DNA of 64,000 nucleotides, taken from NCBI GenBank assembly GCA_964016885.1, contig OZ024766.1, positions 16,182,001 through 16,246,000 on the forward strand, written 5' to 3'. The notes below the pieces were generated by a model that ran no database searches, was not told where the DNA came from, and saw nothing but the letters and a program-made list of their open reading frames with translations. A program made the position numbers and the translations under genes. This document shows, piece by piece, positions 37,053 through 51,802 of the stretch. This DNA comes from Eledone cirrhosa (lineage: Eukaryota). Within the stretch, counting starts at the first letter, position 1. The number at the start of each line of letters is the position of its first letter.

Positions 37053-39016
37053 TCCATGGCTGTCTTATTTAACTGACTACTCCAGTGACTGCTCCTTCTA
37101 GTCTCTTCTTCGAATGTCAGTTGACATACAGGAGTCCATGGCTGTATTATTTAACTGGCTACTCCAGTGACTGCTCCTGCTAGTCTCTTCTTCCAATGTC
37201 AGTTGTCATACAGGTGTCCATGGCTGTCTTACTTAACTGGCTACTCCAGTGATTTCCCCTTCTAGTCCCTTCTTCCAATGTCAGTTGTCATACAGGAGTC
37301 CATGGCTGTCTTATTTAACTGGCTACTCCAGTGACTGCTCCTTCTAGTCCCTTCTTCCAATGTCAGTTGTCATACAGGAGTCCATGGCTGTCTTATTTAA
37401 CTGGCTACTCCAGTGACTGCTCCTTCTAGTCCCTTCTTCCAATGTCAGTTGTCATAAAGGTGTCCATGGCTGTCTTATTTAACTGGCTACTCCAGTGACT
37501 GCTCCTTCTAGTCCCTTCTTCCAATCTCAGTTGTCATAAAGGAGTCCATGGCTGTCTTATTTAACTGGCTACTCCAGTGACTGCTCTTGCTAGTCTCTTC
37601 TTCCAATGTCAGTTGTCATAAATGCTTCCATGGCTGTCTTATTTAACTAGCTACTCAAGTGACTGCTCCTTCTAGTCCCTTCTTCCAATGTCAGTTGCCA
37701 TACAGGAGTCCATGGCTGTCTTATTTAACTGGCTACTCCAGTGACTGCCCCTTCTAGTCTCTTCTTCCAATGTCAGTTATCATACAGGAGTCCATGGCTG
37801 TCTTATTTAACTAGCTACTCAAGTGACTGCTCCTTCTAGTCCCTTCTTCCAATGTCAGTTGCCATACAGGAGTCCATGGCTGTCTTATTTAACTGGCTAC
37901 TCCAGTGACTGCCCCTTCTAGTCTCTTCTTCCAATGTCAGTTGCCATACAGGAGTCCATGGCTGTCTTATTTAACTGGCTACTCCAGTGACTGCCCCTTC
38001 TAGTCTCTTCTTCCAATGTCAGTTGCCATACAGGAGTCCATGGCTGTATTATTTAACTGGCTACTCCAGTGACTGCCCCTTCTAGTCTCTTCTTCCAATG
38101 TCAGTTGTCATACAGGTGTCCATGGCTGTCTTACTTAACTGGCTACTCCAGTGATTTCCCCTTCTAGTCCCTTCTTCCAATGTCAGTTGTCATACAGGAG
38201 TCCATGGCTGTCTTATTTAACTGGCTACTCCAGTGACTGCTCCTTCTAGTCCCTTCTTCCAATGTCAGTTGTCATACAGGAGTCCATGGCTGTCTTATTT
38301 AACTGGCTACTCCAGTGACTGCTCTTTCTAGTCTCTTCTTCCAATGTCAGTTGTCATAAAGGTGTCCATGGCTGTCTTATTTAACTGGCTACTCCAGTGA
38401 CTGCTCCTTCTAGTCTCTTCTTCCAATGTCAGTTATCATACAGGAGTCCATGGCTGTCTTATTTAACTAGCTACTCAAGTGACTGCTCCTTCTAGTCCCT
38501 TCTTCCAATGTCAGTTGCCATACAGGAGTCCATGGCTGTCTTATTTAACTGGCTACTCCAGTGACTGCTCCTTCTAGTCCCTTCTTCCAATGTCAGTTGT
38601 CATACAGGAGTCCATGGCTGTCTTATTTAACTGGCTACTCCAGTGACTGCTCTTTCTAGTCTCTTCTTCCAATGTCAGTTGTCTTAAAGGTGTCCATGGC
38701 TGTCTTATTTAACTGGCTACTCCAGTGACTGCTCCTTCTAGTCTCTTCTTTCAATGTCAGTTGTCATACAGGTGTCCATGTCTGTCTTATTTAACTGGCT
38801 ACTCCAGTGACTGCTCCTTCTAGTCCCTTCTTCCAATGTTTGTTGTCATACAGGTGTCCATGGCTGTCTTATTTAACTGGCTACTCCAGTGACTGCTCCT
38901 TCTAGTCCCTTCTTCCAATGTCAGTTGTCATACAGGTGTCCATGTCTGTCTTATTTAACTGGCTACTTCAGTGACTGCTCCTTCTAGTCTCTTCTTCCAA
39001 TGTCAATTGCCATGCA
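37053..39016. repeat. 82-bp VNTR, ~24 copies
   Basis: Begins directly after (TA)n; the intervening spacer elements are deleted in this unit. Confidence 0.95.
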
Positions 39017-39413
39017 GGATTTGTTGTTCTTTAGATGCTTCTTGGTATTTGCTGCACTCTTCCACCAAATCACCTGAGATCCTCAAATGACGTTGGTCCT
39101 TGAACAATAAGCAGAAGTGGCTGTAAATAAAAACTCTCGCTGTTGTTGGGGTGGTCATTGTAAACATGCCCAATAGCATCACTTGCCTTCACTTCATCAC
39201 CTTCCACTAAATGACCCTGCTTCCTTTGATTCCAAGTCTTACAATTGGTCCAGGTGTAGTATTTTAGGATGTCAGCATATAGGAGGGATCGAAAAAATTC
39301 TTTATTCTGGCAGTGTTTCAAAAAAGCAGTTAGAGTAGTGTCAGGTGGTGCTGGTGTCAACTGATGAGCAGTGGTTTCAATGAAGTACACACTCTGTCCA
39401 TTTTCTATATGTA
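39017..39413 (-). mobile_element. Helitron RepHel relic
   Basis: ORF 39070-39435. Confidence 0.88.
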
Positions 39414-39659
39414 TAGAGATAAGGATGAAAAGCAAAGTTAATCCCTCAGAGGTTAGCTTTGCCTTTCATCCCTACGGGGTCGATAAAATAAAGTACCAGT
39501 AATGTACTGGTGTATTTGCTGGCCTTGTACCTAAAGTGGAAACAATTATTACGGGGTCGATAAAATAAAGTACCAGTAATACAATATGGCAATTGCTGGC
39601 CTTGTGCCAAAAGTAGAAACAATTATCACATTTCTTTTTAATAAATCACATCACTATAG

Positions 39660-42283
39660 AATTAAATACGACTGGAACTGTGTCTCAAGGTATTAAATTA
39701 TGTCAGGGACTTTTAACGTTTGACACCGTACGAGAGTTGAAACATTCGCTAAGACACCGAGTACCTGCTGTCTTCATTATAACTTTAATTAATCTAATTA
39801 TATCTTGTGTAACAATTATATATATATACAGACACACAATTTTAATTCCCCGACATCAGTCTTACACTGTCATATATATTCTTACTTTACAATTGTGTCT
39901 ACTAAGAGTTCCATTACAATCTGTAGTAGTAAAACTACTATTTCACCAGAACATCTGCTCTCAGTCATTTATAGACAATATATATATTTTAGACCACATA
40001 TAAACCTAATATATTTCCTATCAAATCTGTAGCTTAAGACATAAAGTCAGCCTCACTACTTCATTCTGACAAGATATCAATTTATGACTAAAGATGAAGA
40101 AGATACACCAACGTTAATGTCGTGAAATAAAGCTGATAACATTGGAACTTCTAATTTGATAACAAAGAGATTATTTCTTTGGTTGTTTAGTAACAACTAA
40201 CAACACAATACATTGATTATATGTGAAGGAGGTAAGTTGACAAAGATTTACTTAATGTCTATATTAATGTGTGTAAATAATATAATTATTTTAACCCTAC
40301 AACGCACCAGTAATTAACCAGATTCCACTGTTACATGTGATATAAAATATATTGTTATGACTGTCTTTATTATTTAAATTACCTCCGTCTATTTAATTAT
40401 CTTGTTCACTACCTTACATTATAAAATATAGTTTATATTTAGCGATACCTTCTTATTGCTTTAAGTAAGTTAAAGATATATTTATTATTTAAATTACCTC
40501 CGTCTATTTAATTATCTTGTTCACTACCTTACATTATAAAATATAGTTTATATTTAGCTGTACCTTGTTATTGCTTTAAGTAAGTTAAAGCTATATTTAT
40601 TATTTAAATTACCTCCATCTATTTAATTATCTTGTTCACTACCTTACATTATAAAATATAGTTTATATTTAGCTATACCTTGTTATTGCTTTAAGTAAAT
40701 TAAAGATATCTTTATTATTTAAATTACCTCCGTCTATTTAATTATGTGGTTCACTACCGTACATTATAAAATATATTTTATATTTAGCTGTACCTTGTTG
40801 TTGCTTTAAGTAAATTAATATTTTGTCTAGTTTAGTCTAAATCTCTTACAATTTAATTAACTTCATCTACTTATGGTTGAACATTACTTTATTGTGGGTT
40901 TCATTTCATTATAATTATGTCTGAGTTAGCCAGCCAAGTAGGGGTTGAGTATTTCAGGGAACTGCTTTGATGGTGAAGGGACATCTGTTGGTGTGGGATC
41001 TCGGTGGCTGTACATACTAAGGTTCTAATACTCTAAAGAGCTAGCTGAATAACCGTCTGATACATGTCTTGTATAGAGGATCATAAAGCCATGTATAGAA
41101 GAGCAGTCAGCAATGTCAGGATTAACATTCATAGTGAAGTGGCAGTATCGGTAGGGAGTCGGACACCATGCTTTTAAGCACAGAGTTACGTCCCTTTATG
41201 ATCTGAGTTCAAATCCCGCCGAGGTTAACTTTGCCAATCATCCTTATGGGGTCGATAAAATAAAGTACCAGTAATGTACTGGGTAATTGCTGGCCTTGTG
41301 TTTAAAATAGAAACAATTATAGTGAATAATTTGGAGTGTAGTCTGGTGTCCACCAGGGCTCTGTTCTTAGCCCTCACTTAGTTATTATCGCCCTGCAGCC
41401 TATAACAGAGATGTTTAAGACTGGCTGCCCATGGTAACTCTTGTATGCACAGCAGGTCCTGAAGAATGCGATCATGTGCATTTTCAAGGTCTGTAAAACG
41501 ATAATATATACCTCTTGGCAATACTCCCACGATTTCTCAAAACCTGCCACAGTGTGAATATTTGGTGGGTTATGTTGCACCCAGGGAGAAAACAGCACTG
41601 TCCATCAGCTAGCTTGGACTCGCTACATCACTTTGCCAGAAACTTAGCATATACTTTACCAGGGAGTCTTAACAAGGTGATCCCTCTCTATTTGGAACAA
41701 TCTCTCGTGTCTCCCTTTTTATAAATTGGGATTATCACTCCCGATTGCCTTTGCTTCAGTGCCATTTCAGAGACCCAGGCCATCTGACACACATGAGTCG
41801 GTCATATTTGAGCTCTTTAATTGCTCTTGTGACCTCAGCCTCCGAGAGATTAGTCACCGCTATCAGATTCACCTCATGTACATCTGAAGATGGTGTTGTG
41901 ATCGGGTTTGGGAGATCAGCAAAGTATTCTCTCCACCTCATGAGGATCCATCTCTCTGAAGAGAAAAGAACCCCAGATACACTCATGGTTGCAGGTGTGG
42001 AGGAAGATTTCTTGTAACAAATTAAAAATTAAAATAATTTGATTTTTCAATAAAAAGTTTCCAGGGTTTATAGATGTAAAATTTCCACTGTTAAATCTAT
42101 CTCTGCTTCTTAAGTATTCTCTATTATTTCATACTGTTTCTTTTTCATTTCAGAATATCAGATGACATTGGGATAAATTATTTTTTTCGATCTTGGATAC
42201 ATCACCTCTATTTATCATCATTTGAAGATTAAAACTTTTTAAACAGAACTTATATAACACTGTTTATATAAATCTATCAGAAT
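39660..42283 (+). pseudogene. Second truncated ZNF gene: exon 1, intron and exon 2 stub, no CDS
   Basis: Donor 40232, acceptor 42153; same cagaat|gactgc junction at 42283. Confidence 0.85.
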
Positions 42284-43134
42284 GACTGCTCCTTCTAGCC
42301 CCTTTTTCCAATGTCAGTTGTCATACAGGAGTCCATGGCTGTCTTATTTAACTGGCTACTCCAGTGACTGCTCCTTCTAGTCCCTTCTTCCAATGTTAGT
42401 TGTCATACAGGAGTCCATGGCTGTCTTATTTAACTGGCTACTGCAGTGACTGCTCCTTCTAGCCCCTTTTTCCAATGTCAGTTGTCATACAGGAGTCCAT
42501 GGCTGCCTTATTTAACTGGCTACTCCAGTGACTGCTCCTTCTAGTATCTTCTTCCAATGTCAGTTGTCATACAGGAGTCCATGGCTGTCTTATTTAACTG
42601 GCTACTCCAGTGACTGCTCCTTCTAGTCCCTTCTTCCAATGTCAGTTGTCATACAGGTGTCCATGGCTGTCTTATATAACTGGCTACTCCAGTGACTGCC
42701 CCTTCTTGTCTCTTCTTCCAATGTCAATTGCTATGCAGGAGTTGATGTCCTTTAGATGCTTCTTGTTATTAGCTGCACTCTTCCACCAAATCACCTGAGA
42801 TCCTCAAATGACGTTGGTCCTTGAACAATATGCAGAAGTGGCTGTAAATAAAAACTCTCTCTGTTGTTGGGGTGGTCATTGTAAACATGCCCAATAGCAT
42901 CACTTGCCTTGACTTCATCACCTTCCACTAAATGACCCTGCCTCCTTTGATTCCATGTCTTACAATTGGTCCAGGTGTAGTATTTTGGGATGTCAGCATA
43001 TAGGAGGGATCGAAGAAATTCTTTATTCTGGCAGAGTTTCAAAAAAGCAGTTAGAGTAGTGTCAGGTGGTGCTGGTGTCAACTGATGAGCAGTGGTTTCA
43101 GTGAAGTACACACTCTGTCCATTTTCTATATGTA
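42283..43134 (-). mobile_element. Partial Helitron relic with ~5.5 copies of the 82-bp VNTR
   Basis: Copy of 29894-30745. Confidence 0.88.
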
Positions 43135-46102
43135 TAGAGATAAGGATGAAAAGCAAAGTTAATCCCGCAGAGGTTAGCTTTGCCTTTCATCCCTACGGGG
43201 TCGATAAAATAAAGTACCAGTAATGTACTGGGGTATTGCTGGCCTTGTGCCTAATGTAGAAACAATTATTACGGGGTCGATAAAATATAGTACCAGTAAT
43301 TCACTGGCGTATTTACTGGCCTTGTGCCTAAAGTAGAAACAATTATTACGGGGTCGATAAAATAATGTACCAGTAATACACTAGGGTAATTGCTGGCCTT
43401 GTGCCAAAAGTAGAAACAATTATCACATTTCTTTTTAATAAATCACATCACTATAGAATTAAATACGACTGGAAACGTGTCTGAAGGTACTAAATTATGT
43501 CAGGGACTTGTCACGTTTGACACCGTACGAGAGTCGAAACATTCGCTAAGACACCGAGTACCTGCTGTCTTCGTCATAACTTTAATTAATCTAATTATAT
43601 CTTGTGTAACAATTATATATATATACACACACACAATTTTAATTCCCCGAGATCAGTCTTACACTGTCATATCTATTCTTACTTTACAATTGTGTCTACT
43701 AAGAGTTCCATTACAATCTGTAGTAGTAAAACTACTATTTCACCAGAACATCTGCTATCAGTCATTTATAGACAATATATATATTTTAGACCACATATCA
43801 ACCTAATATATATATATTTCCTATCAAATCTGTAGCTAAAGACATAAAGTCAGCCTCACTACTTCATTCTGACAAGATATCAATTTATGACTAAAGATGA
43901 AGAAGATACACCAACGTTAATGTCGTGAAATAAAGCTGATAACATTGAAACTTCTAATTTGATAACAAAGAGATTATTTCTTTGGTTGTTTAGTAACAAC
44001 TAACAACACAATACATTGATTATATGTGAAGGAGGTAAGTTGACAAAGATTTACTTAATGTCTATATTAATGTGTGTAAGTAATATAATTATGTGACCCC
44101 TACAACGCACCAGTAATTAACCAGATTCCACTGTTACATGTGATATAAAATATATTGTTATGACTGTCTTTATTATTTAAATTACCTCCGTCTATTTAAT
44201 TATCTTGTTCACTACCTTACATTATAAAATATAGTTTATATTTAGCTATACCTTGTTATTGCTTTAAGTAAATTAAAGATATATTTATTATTTAAATTAC
44301 CTCCGTCTATTTAATTATGTGGTTCACTACCTTACATTATAAAATATATTTTATATTTAGCTGTACCGTGTTGTTGCTTTAAGTAAATTAATATTTTGTC
44401 TATTTTAGTCTAAATCTCTTACAATTTAATTAACTTCATCGACTTATGGTTGAACATTACTTTATTCTGGGTTTCATTTCATTATAATTATGTCTGAGTT
44501 AGCCAGCCAAGTAGGGGTTGAGTATTTCAGGGAACTGCTTTGATGGTGAAGGGACATCTGTTGGTGTGGGATCTCGGTGGCTGTAAATAATAAGGTTCTA
44601 ATACTCTAAAGAGCTAGCTGAATAACCGTCTGATACATGTCTTGTATAGAGGATCATAAAGCCATGTATAGAAGAGCAGTCAGCAATGTCAGGATTTACA
44701 TTCATTATAGTGAAGTGGCAGTATCGGTAGGGAGTCGGACACCATGCTTTGAGGCACAGAGTTACGTCCCTTTATGATCTGAGTTCAAATCCCGCCGAGG
44801 TTAACTTTGCCTTACATCCATACGGGTTCTATAAAATAAAGTACCAGTAATGTACTGGGTAATTGCTGGCCTTGTGTTTAAAATAGAAACAATTATAGTG
44901 AATAATTTGGGGTGTAGTCTGGTGTCCACCAGGGCTCTGTTCTTAGCCCTCACGTAGTTATTATCGTCCTGCAGCCTATAACAGAGATGTTTCAGACTGG
45001 CTGCCCATGGGAACTCCTGTGTGCTCAGCAGGTCCTGAAGAATGCGGTCATGTGCATTTTCCAGGTCTATAAAACGATAATATTAGCAATACTCCCACGA
45101 TTTCTCAAAGAGCTGCCACAGTGTGAATATTTGGTGGGTTATGTTGCACCCAGGGAGCAAACAGCACTGTCCATCAGCTAGCTTGGACTCGCTACATCAC
45201 TTTGCCAGAAACTTTGCATATACTTTACCAGGGAGTCATAACAAGGTGATCCCTCTCTATTTGGAACAATCTCTCGTGTGTCCCTTTTTATAAATTGGGA
45301 TTATCACTCCCGATTGCCTTTGCTTGAGTGCCATTTCAGAGACCCAGGCCATCTGACACACATGAGTCGGTCACATTTGAGCTCTTTAATTGCTCTTGTG
45401 ACCTCAGCCTCCGAGAGATTAGTCACCGCTATCAGATTCACCTCATGTACATCCGAAGATGCTGTTGTGATCGGGTTTGGGAGATCAGCAAAGTATTCTC
45501 TCCACCTCATGAGGATCCATCTCTCTGAAGAGAAAAGAACCCCAGATACACTCATGGTTGCAGGTGTGGAGAAAGATTTCTTGTAACTAATTAAAAACTA
45601 AAATAATTTGATTTTTCAATAAAAAGTTTGCAGGGTTTATAGATGTAAAATTTCCACTGTTAAATCTATCTCTGCTTCTTAAGTATACTCTATTATTTCA
45701 TACTGTTTCTTTTTCATTTCAGAATATCAGATGACATTGGGATAAATTATTTTTTTCGATCTTGGATACATCACCTCTATTTATCATCATTTGAAGATTA
45801 AAACTTTTTAAACAGAACTTATATAACACTGTTTATATAAATCTATCAGAATTACTGTGATATATTTCCTCAGAACTGAGTTTAAAGACAAAATTCCTTT
45901 TCTTCACTGTGTGGTATATATATGAGAGATATATCTTGTATTTTAACTCAGCTTCAATGACAAAGAAGTTTGCATCATCTTCAGGTATTAACTAAGATCA
46001 TAATTGAGGGAAATATAACAAAAATAATATTTTTTACGAATATAATATAAAAAATATTAAAGAATAACATCTGTAAATTCTGCCAAAGGAAGAAGAATTA
46101 TT

Positions 46103-47464
46103 ATGGAAAATAAATTGAGGGAAAAGAAGATTAAATGTGAAACAATGTCTAAAGATATGGCTATTACAGAAGAGATGTCAAAGGATAGAGGAGAGAAGCC
46201 ATATCACTGTGATGTTTGTGGTAAATCATTCTCTGAAAGTGGTAACTTAACTAGACACAAACGTATACATACAAAAGAGAAACCATATCACTGTGATATC
46301 TGTGGTAAATCATTCTTTGTTAATGGTAATTTAACAAGCCACAAACGTACACATACAGGAGAGAAGCCATATCACTGTGATATCTGTGGTAAATCATTCT
46401 CTCGAAGTAGTAATTTAACTAGCCACATGCGTATACATACAGGTGAGAAGCCATATCACTGTGATATCTGTGGTAAATCATTCTTTGTTAATAGTAAATT
46501 AACTAGACACAAACGTACACATACAGGAGAGAAGCCATATCACTGTGATATCTGTGGTAAATCATTCTCTCTAAGTAGTATATTAACTTGTCACATCCGT
46601 ACCCATACAGGTGACAAGCAATATCACTGTGATATCTGTGGTAAATCATTCTCTGAAAGTGGTAACTTAACTAGACACAAGCGTATACATACAGGAGAGC
46701 AGCCATATCACTGTGATATCTGTGGTAAATCATTCTCTTTTAGTAGTAATATAAATTCTCACATACGTACTCATACAGGAGAGAAGCCATATCACTGTGA
46801 TATCTGTGGTAAATCATTCTTTAATAATATTAGTTTAACTAGACACGAACGTACCCATTCAGGAGAGAAGCCATATCACTGTGATATCTGTGGTAAATCA
46901 TTCTTTGTTAATAGTAATTTAACTAGACACAAAAGTATACATACAGGAGAGAAGCCATATCACTGTGATATCTGTGGTAAATCATTCTCTGAAAGTGGTA
47001 CCTTAACTAGCCACAAACGTATACATACAGGAGACAAGCCATATCACTGTGATATCTGTGGTAAATCATTCTCTCGAAGAAGTTACTTAACTGAGCACTT
47101 ACGTATCCATACAGGTGAGAAGCCGTATCACTGTGATATCTGTAGTAAATCATTCTCTGATAGTGGTACCTTAACTAGCCACATACGTATACATACAGGA
47201 GAGAAGCCATATCACTGTGATATCTGTGGTAAATCATTCTCTGAAAGTGGTACCTTAACTAGACACAAACGTATCCATACAGGAGAGAAGCCATATCACT
47301 GTGATATCTGTGGTAAATCATTCTCTGAAAGTGGTACCTTAACTAGACACAAACGTATCCATACAGGAGAGAAGCCATACCACTGTGATATCTGTGGTAT
47401 ATCATTCTCTCAATTAAGTAGTTTAACTAAACACAATTATACCCATACAGGTAAGAAACCATAA
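46103..47464 (+). CDS. C2H2 zinc finger protein, 15 fingers, identical to 33714-35075
   Basis: Identical translation; part of the 12,389-bp duplication. Confidence 0.93.
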   Translation: MENKLREKKIKCETMSKDMAITEEMSKDRGEKPYHCDVCGKSFSESGNLTRHKRIHTKEKPYHCDICGKSFFVNGNLTSHKRTHTGEKPYHCDICGKSFSRSSNLTSHMRIHTGEKPYHCDICGKSFFVNSKLTRHKRTHTGEKPYHCDICGKSFSLSSILTCHIRTHTGDKQYHCDICGKSFSESGNLTRHKRIHTGEQPYHCDICGKSFSFSSNINSHIRTHTGEKPYHCDICGKSFFNNISLTRHERTHSGEKPYHCDICGKSFFVNSNLTRHKSIHTGEKPYHCDICGKSFSESGTLTSHKRIHTGDKPYHCDICGKSFSRRSYLTEHLRIHTGEKPYHCDICSKSFSDSGTLTSHIRIHTGEKPYHCDICGKSFSESGTLTRHKRIHTGEKPYHCDICGKSFSESGTLTRHKRIHTGEKPYHCDICGISFSQLSSLTKHNYTHTGKKP

Positions 47465-49441
47465 CAAAGTCATATCTCATTGTCTCAAAATTGTAAATTA
47501 ATTAGACACAAATACATTCATATGAGTGAGAAGCCATACCACTGTGGTATTGTGGAGAAATAATTCTCTTGTATTGCTACATTAACTACATACAAACATA
47601 AATATATACTGGAGAAAAGCCATATTACTGTGATATCTGTGGAAATTGTTATCTATAAAAGCTAGCTTAACTAGACACAAACATATATATACAGGAGAGA
47701 AACTATATCACTGTGATATCTGTGGGAAATCATTCTCTGAAATAAGTCACTTCACTCAGCACTAACATTTACAGAAAAGGAACCATATCACTGTGATATC
47801 TGCAGTAAATCATTCTCTAAATGTTGTGACTTCACTAGACACTAACATATACAGGAGAGGAACCATATCACTGTGTTGTCTGTGGTAAATCATTTTCTAA
47901 ATGTTGTGGTACCAACATAAGGTTACTTAATGTAACAGAAACACAATCAGACAAGATAAAAACCATGTCACTCACCCAAAATAGTGCCACCAATATTGTT
48001 AATGTTTTCAATAAAACTTGTTTGTTCTGAAATTATTCTCCTTTCATTTTATTTGTAGAAGTTGTAACCAAGACTTATGCTGACAAATCTGTATGGTACA
48101 GAATTTACAAACACTATATATATATATATGTGCCAAGCCATCTATGATCTCGGTTTACAGCTGATGAAGGGTTTCTTCTCTCCTTTCATCCATATTACCA
48201 TCTTAAACTTTGTTTACAGTAACCACACAACTCCTTTCGTTTCTTATAATATTATATATATATATAACAAAGGAGGTGTAGTAAAGAACCAGATGGACCA
48301 TATACGCACCAGAGTACTCAATACTTAGGGTAGTAGAGCGGGTAATAGGAAAATGTTTAACCCCGACGGCAGAGCTCAATCCGTTTCGACGGCTATTTCT
48401 GGAAACAGTCCAGAAATAACCGTCGAAATGGCTTGAGCTCTGCCGTCGGGGTTAAACATTTTCCTATATATATATATATATACATATGTATGAGTGTATA
48501 TGTCAGTGTGTAGAAATTTCTGTCCATGAAAATGACTATCTTTATTTGTGTATATATGTGTGTGTATATGTATGTGTATGTTTATGTGTTCTTATATACG
48601 TGTGTGCACATCTTGATGTATTTTCAGTGTCTGTTCTAGTTCTCAGAGTACAAATCCCACTGAGGTAAAGTTGCTTCGTTATTTTGAGGTCAATAAATGA
48701 AATACCAGTGAAATACTGGGGATGTGGGGTTAATTCCTCTTCTTTGTCATTGTCTGTTTGTCTACTCTTCTCTTTCTCTGTATATATATATATATATATA
48801 TCCAAAATTAAGATAAATAAAATTAATCTATATCAAATTATGGGTGTCATGCCAGAAAGACATGCGCCATATCACTCGTAAAATAAGGTCCATGGAGCTT
48901 ATTTTATGAGCGATATGGCGCCTGTCTTATTGGCATGACACCCATGATACAATTCAGATTAATTTCATTTTAATTTATCTTAATTTTGGATATATATATA
49001 AATAGGGCCTCTTAATTGTAGAGCTAACTCTGTTGAAAGGACCTGACTGCTGTTTCTAGTTGTCAATAACCCTATTCACGCAACTGGGACGAAGCTGGTA
49101 TGATGTGTGTATTTTTAGTAGATACAGCACGTGTTACTGGTCAGTCGCTGATTTGAACTTGATGCGTAAACTCAGATGGTTGGACTTCTTCCTTGTTGAG
49201 AATCCAAGATCTGGCTACTGTCGTTTACCAATCGATTAATTGGTGAAATATATTTCTTTAATGGAATATATACAAGGAAGATTAATCGTTTTCTAAGGTA
49301 TCTATTTTTGAAGTTCTAGTTAAACTTTATTTAGTTACCTACCTAGCTATGTGTGCTTACACACATTTACAAATTATCCCCTGTGATTGTTTCATATGTT
49401 TATTTATATGTCAATCAATTTCTAGTTGATATATATATATA

Positions 49442-51405
49442 TCCATGGCTGTCTTATTTAACTGACTACTCCAGTGACTGCTCCTTCTAGTCTCTTCTTC
49501 GAATGTCAGTTGACATACAGGAGTCCATGGCTGTATTATTTAACTGGCTACTCCAGTGACTGCTCCTGCTAGTCTCTTCTTCCAATGTCAGTTGTCATAC
49601 AGGTGTCCATGGCTGTCTTACTTAACTGGCTACTCCAGTGATTTCCCCTTCTAGTCCCTTCTTCCAATGTCAGTTGTCATACAGGAGTCCATGGCTGTCT
49701 TATTTAACTGGCTACTCCAGTGACTGCTCCTTCTAGTCCCTTCTTCCAATGTCAGTTGTCATACAGGAGTCCATGGCTGTCTTATTTAACTGGCTACTCC
49801 AGTGACTGCTCCTTCTAGTCCCTTCTTCCAATGTCAGTTGTCATAAAGGTGTCCATGGCTGTCTTATTTAACTGGCTACTCCAGTGACTGCTCCTTCTAG
49901 TCCCTTCTTCCAATCTCAGTTGTCATAAAGGAGTCCATGGCTGTCTTATTTAACTGGCTACTCCAGTGACTGCTCTTGCTAGTCTCTTCTTCCAATGTCA
50001 GTTGTCATAAATGCTTCCATGGCTGTCTTATTTAACTAGCTACTCAAGTGACTGCTCCTTCTAGTCCCTTCTTCCAATGTCAGTTGCCATACAGGAGTCC
50101 ATGGCTGTCTTATTTAACTGGCTACTCCAGTGACTGCCCCTTCTAGTCTCTTCTTCCAATGTCAGTTATCATACAGGAGTCCATGGCTGTCTTATTTAAC
50201 TAGCTACTCAAGTGACTGCTCCTTCTAGTCCCTTCTTCCAATGTCAGTTGCCATACAGGAGTCCATGGCTGTCTTATTTAACTGGCTACTCCAGTGACTG
50301 CCCCTTCTAGTCTCTTCTTCCAATGTCAGTTGCCATACAGGAGTCCATGGCTGTCTTATTTAACTGGCTACTCCAGTGACTGCCCCTTCTAGTCTCTTCT
50401 TCCAATGTCAGTTGCCATACAGGAGTCCATGGCTGTATTATTTAACTGGCTACTCCAGTGACTGCCCCTTCTAGTCTCTTCTTCCAATGTCAGTTGTCAT
50501 ACAGGTGTCCATGGCTGTCTTACTTAACTGGCTACTCCAGTGATTTCCCCTTCTAGTCCCTTCTTCCAATGTCAGTTGTCATACAGGAGTCCATGGCTGT
50601 CTTATTTAACTGGCTACTCCAGTGACTGCTCCTTCTAGTCCCTTCTTCCAATGTCAGTTGTCATACAGGAGTCCATGGCTGTCTTATTTAACTGGCTACT
50701 CCAGTGACTGCTCTTTCTAGTCTCTTCTTCCAATGTCAGTTGTCATAAAGGTGTCCATGGCTGTCTTATTTAACTGGCTACTCCAGTGACTGCTCCTTCT
50801 AGTCTCTTCTTCCAATGTCAGTTATCATACAGGAGTCCATGGCTGTCTTATTTAACTAGCTACTCAAGTGACTGCTCCTTCTAGTCCCTTCTTCCAATGT
50901 CAGTTGCCATACAGGAGTCCATGGCTGTCTTATTTAACTGGCTACTCCAGTGACTGCTCCTTCTAGTCCCTTCTTCCAATGTCAGTTGTCATACAGGAGT
51001 CCATGGCTGTCTTATTTAACTGGCTACTCCAGTGACTGCTCTTTCTAGTCTCTTCTTCCAATGTCAGTTGTCTTAAAGGTGTCCATGGCTGTCTTATTTA
51101 ACTGGCTACTCCAGTGACTGCTCCTTCTAGTCTCTTCTTTCAATGTCAGTTGTCATACAGGTGTCCATGTCTGTCTTATTTAACTGGCTACTCCAGTGAC
51201 TGCTCCTTCTAGTCCCTTCTTCCAATGTTTGTTGTCATACAGGTGTCCATGGCTGTCTTATTTAACTGGCTACTCCAGTGACTGCTCCTTCTAGTCCCTT
51301 CTTCCAATGTCAGTTGTCATACAGGTGTCCATGTCTGTCTTATTTAACTGGCTACTTCAGTGACTGCTCCTTCTAGTCTCTTCTTCCAATGTCAATTGCC
51401 ATGCA
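49442..51405. repeat. 82-bp VNTR, ~24 copies
   Basis: Copy of 37053-39016. Confidence 0.95.
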
Positions 51406-51802
51406 GGATTTGTTGTTCTTTAGATGCTTCTTGGTATTTGCTGCACTCTTCCACCAAATCACCTGAGATCCTCAAATGACGTTGGTCCTTGAACAATAAG
51501 CAGAAGTGGCTGTAAATAAAAACTCTCGCTGTTGTTGGGGTGGTCATTGTAAACATGCCCAATAGCATCACTTGCCTTCACTTCATCACCTTCCACTAAA
51601 TGACCCTGCTTCCTTTGATTCCAAGTCTTACAATTGGTCCAGGTGTAGTATTTTAGGATGTCAGCATATAGGAGGGATCGAAAAAATTCTTTATTCTGGC
51701 AGTGTTTCAAAAAAGCAGTTAGAGTAGTGTCAGGTGGTGCTGGTGTCAACTGATGAGCAGTGGTTTCAATGAAGTACACACTCTGTCCATTTTCTATATG
51801 TA
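51406..51802 (-). mobile_element. Helitron RepHel relic
   Basis: ORF 51459-51824. Confidence 0.88.

Larger units (their letters stand above)
29730..41884 (+). repeat. Segment repeated near-identically at offset 12,389 bp (copy at ~42119-54273)
   Basis: ORF starts 30402/42791, 33714/46103, 39070/51459 all differ by 12,389 with identical translations. Confidence 0.92.
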
